Shown here in pieces: positions 14,827 through 15,527 of a stretch of 15,527 bases of DNA. Position numbers and translations under genes: made by a program. Numbering within the stretch: the stretch's first letter is position 1; every line of letters begins with the position of its first letter. The stretch lies in the UHGV virus genome UHGV-1646100. One strand, written 5' to 3'. Under the pieces are notes generated by a model. It was not told where the DNA came from. It saw nothing but the letters and a program-made list of their open reading frames with translations, and searched no databases. The DNA comes from a virus.

Positions 14827-15464
14827 ACCCCGATCTCACAAAATCTCTATACCCAATTTATATTGCAAATTAGATAAGCGAACCGGAAAGGTATATTGGC
14901 AATACAAACATCCACTATCCGGTCGTTTTCATAGCTTAGGAACTGATGAGAATGAAGCAAAACAAGTTGCTACTGAAGCAAATACCATTATTGCTGAACA
15001 ACGTACCCGACAAATATTAAGCGTCAATGAGCGTCTAGAAAGAATGAAAGGCAGGCGCTCAGACATTACGGTGACAGAATGGCTTGATAAATATATTTCT
15101 ATCCAGGAGGACAGGCTGCAACATAATGAACTAAGACCCAACTCCTATCGGCAAAAAGGCAAACCCATTCGTCTTTTCCGTGAGCATTGTGGAATGCAAC
15201 ACCTCAAGGATATTACCGCACTTGATATTGCCGAAATAATTGATGCTGTAAAGGCTGAAGGTCATAACAGGATGGCGCAAGTCGTGAGAATGGTGTTGAT
15301 CGACGTCTTCAAAGAAGCACAACACGCAGGACATGTTCCGCCAGGATTTAACCCAGCGCAGGCAACAAAACAACCGCGAAATCGAGTAAACCGCCAAAGA
15401 TTATCACTGCCCGAATGGCAGGCAATATTTGACAGCGTAAGCAGACGGCAGCCCTATTTAAAAT
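14816..15464 (+). CDS. int: tyrosine integrase, N-terminal part (truncated by the contig end and adapter)
   Basis: Open frame from ATG 14816: MAARPRSHKISIPNLYCKLDKRTGKVYWQYKHPLSGRFHSLGTDENEAKQVATEANTIIAEQRTRQ…, typical of the N-terminal arm-binding and core-binding region of lambda-family integrases. No stop before the adapter at 15465. Confidence 0.75.
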
Positions 15465-15527
15465 CTGTCTCTTATACACATCTCCGAGCCCACGAGACCG
15501 TACTAGATCTCGTATGCCGTCTTCTGC
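15465..15527. other. Illumina Nextera adapter sequence (library artefact, not biological)
   Basis: ctgtctcttatacacatct (Tn5 mosaic end) + ccgagcccacgagac + an 8-nt index (cgtactag) + atctcgtatgccgtcttctgc (P7 primer region). Confidence 0.9.

Noticed and set aside
297-15397. Numerous 60-150-aa ORFs antisense to or overlapping the genes called above (for example 297-644+, 1770-1961-, 2036-2365+, 2302-2625+, 4246-4494-, 4880-5152-, 5022-5306-, 5307-5543-, 5883-6173-, 8701-8922+, 8857-9129-, 9192-9443+, 9538-9831-, 9588-9854-, 10117-10428-, 10311-10637-, 11499-11762-, 11995-12228-, 12516-12840-, 12994-13607-, 13895-14208-, 14205-14417-, 14929-15397-)
   Set aside because: These are shadow ORFs inside recognisable lambda-family genes or opposite clearly coding frames. 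They lack RBSs, have odd composition (Ser/Cys/Arg-rich), and none fits the operon architecture.
1-15527. tRNA, rRNA or CRISPR features
   Set aside because: No cloverleaf-like structured segments, rRNA-like conserved blocks or repeat-spacer arrays were seen. The window is densely protein-coding phage DNA.

Overview
This window is a nearly contiguous early region of a lambda-like (lambdoid) temperate phage or prophage, in inverted orientation relative to the conventional lambda map. All calls rest on reading the six-frame translations and sequence motifs by eye and from memory of lambda-family proteins; no database search was run. Minus strand (rightward operon), from high to low coordinate: cro-like, nutR, cII-like, O with ori iterons, P, ren, tR2-like terminator, ninB, a Dam-type adenine methyltransferase in the ninC slot, ninE, and the start of one more nin-region gene. 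Plus strand (leftward operon): cI, a two-gene cassette of unknown function in the rexA/rexB slot, a terminator, PL/OL, nutL, an N-like antiterminator, then orf28-like, ral, ea10, cIII, kil, gam, bet, exo, orf60a, orf63, orf73 (TraR-like), a cluster of Ea22-like modular genes, an ASCH-like gene, xis and a truncated int. sieB lies antisense between N and ral. The immunity region is mosaic: the cI C-terminal domain looks lambda-type, but the cI DNA-binding domain, Cro and the cII N-terminus do not. The most interesting element is the unrecognised, AT-rich, translationally coupled gene pair immediately after cI (4670..5976), a candidate prophage-encoded exclusion or defence module. The last ~63 bp (15465..15527) are Illumina Nextera adapter sequence, so the contig end is an artefact and int is truncated. 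No tRNA, rRNA or CRISPR array was seen.
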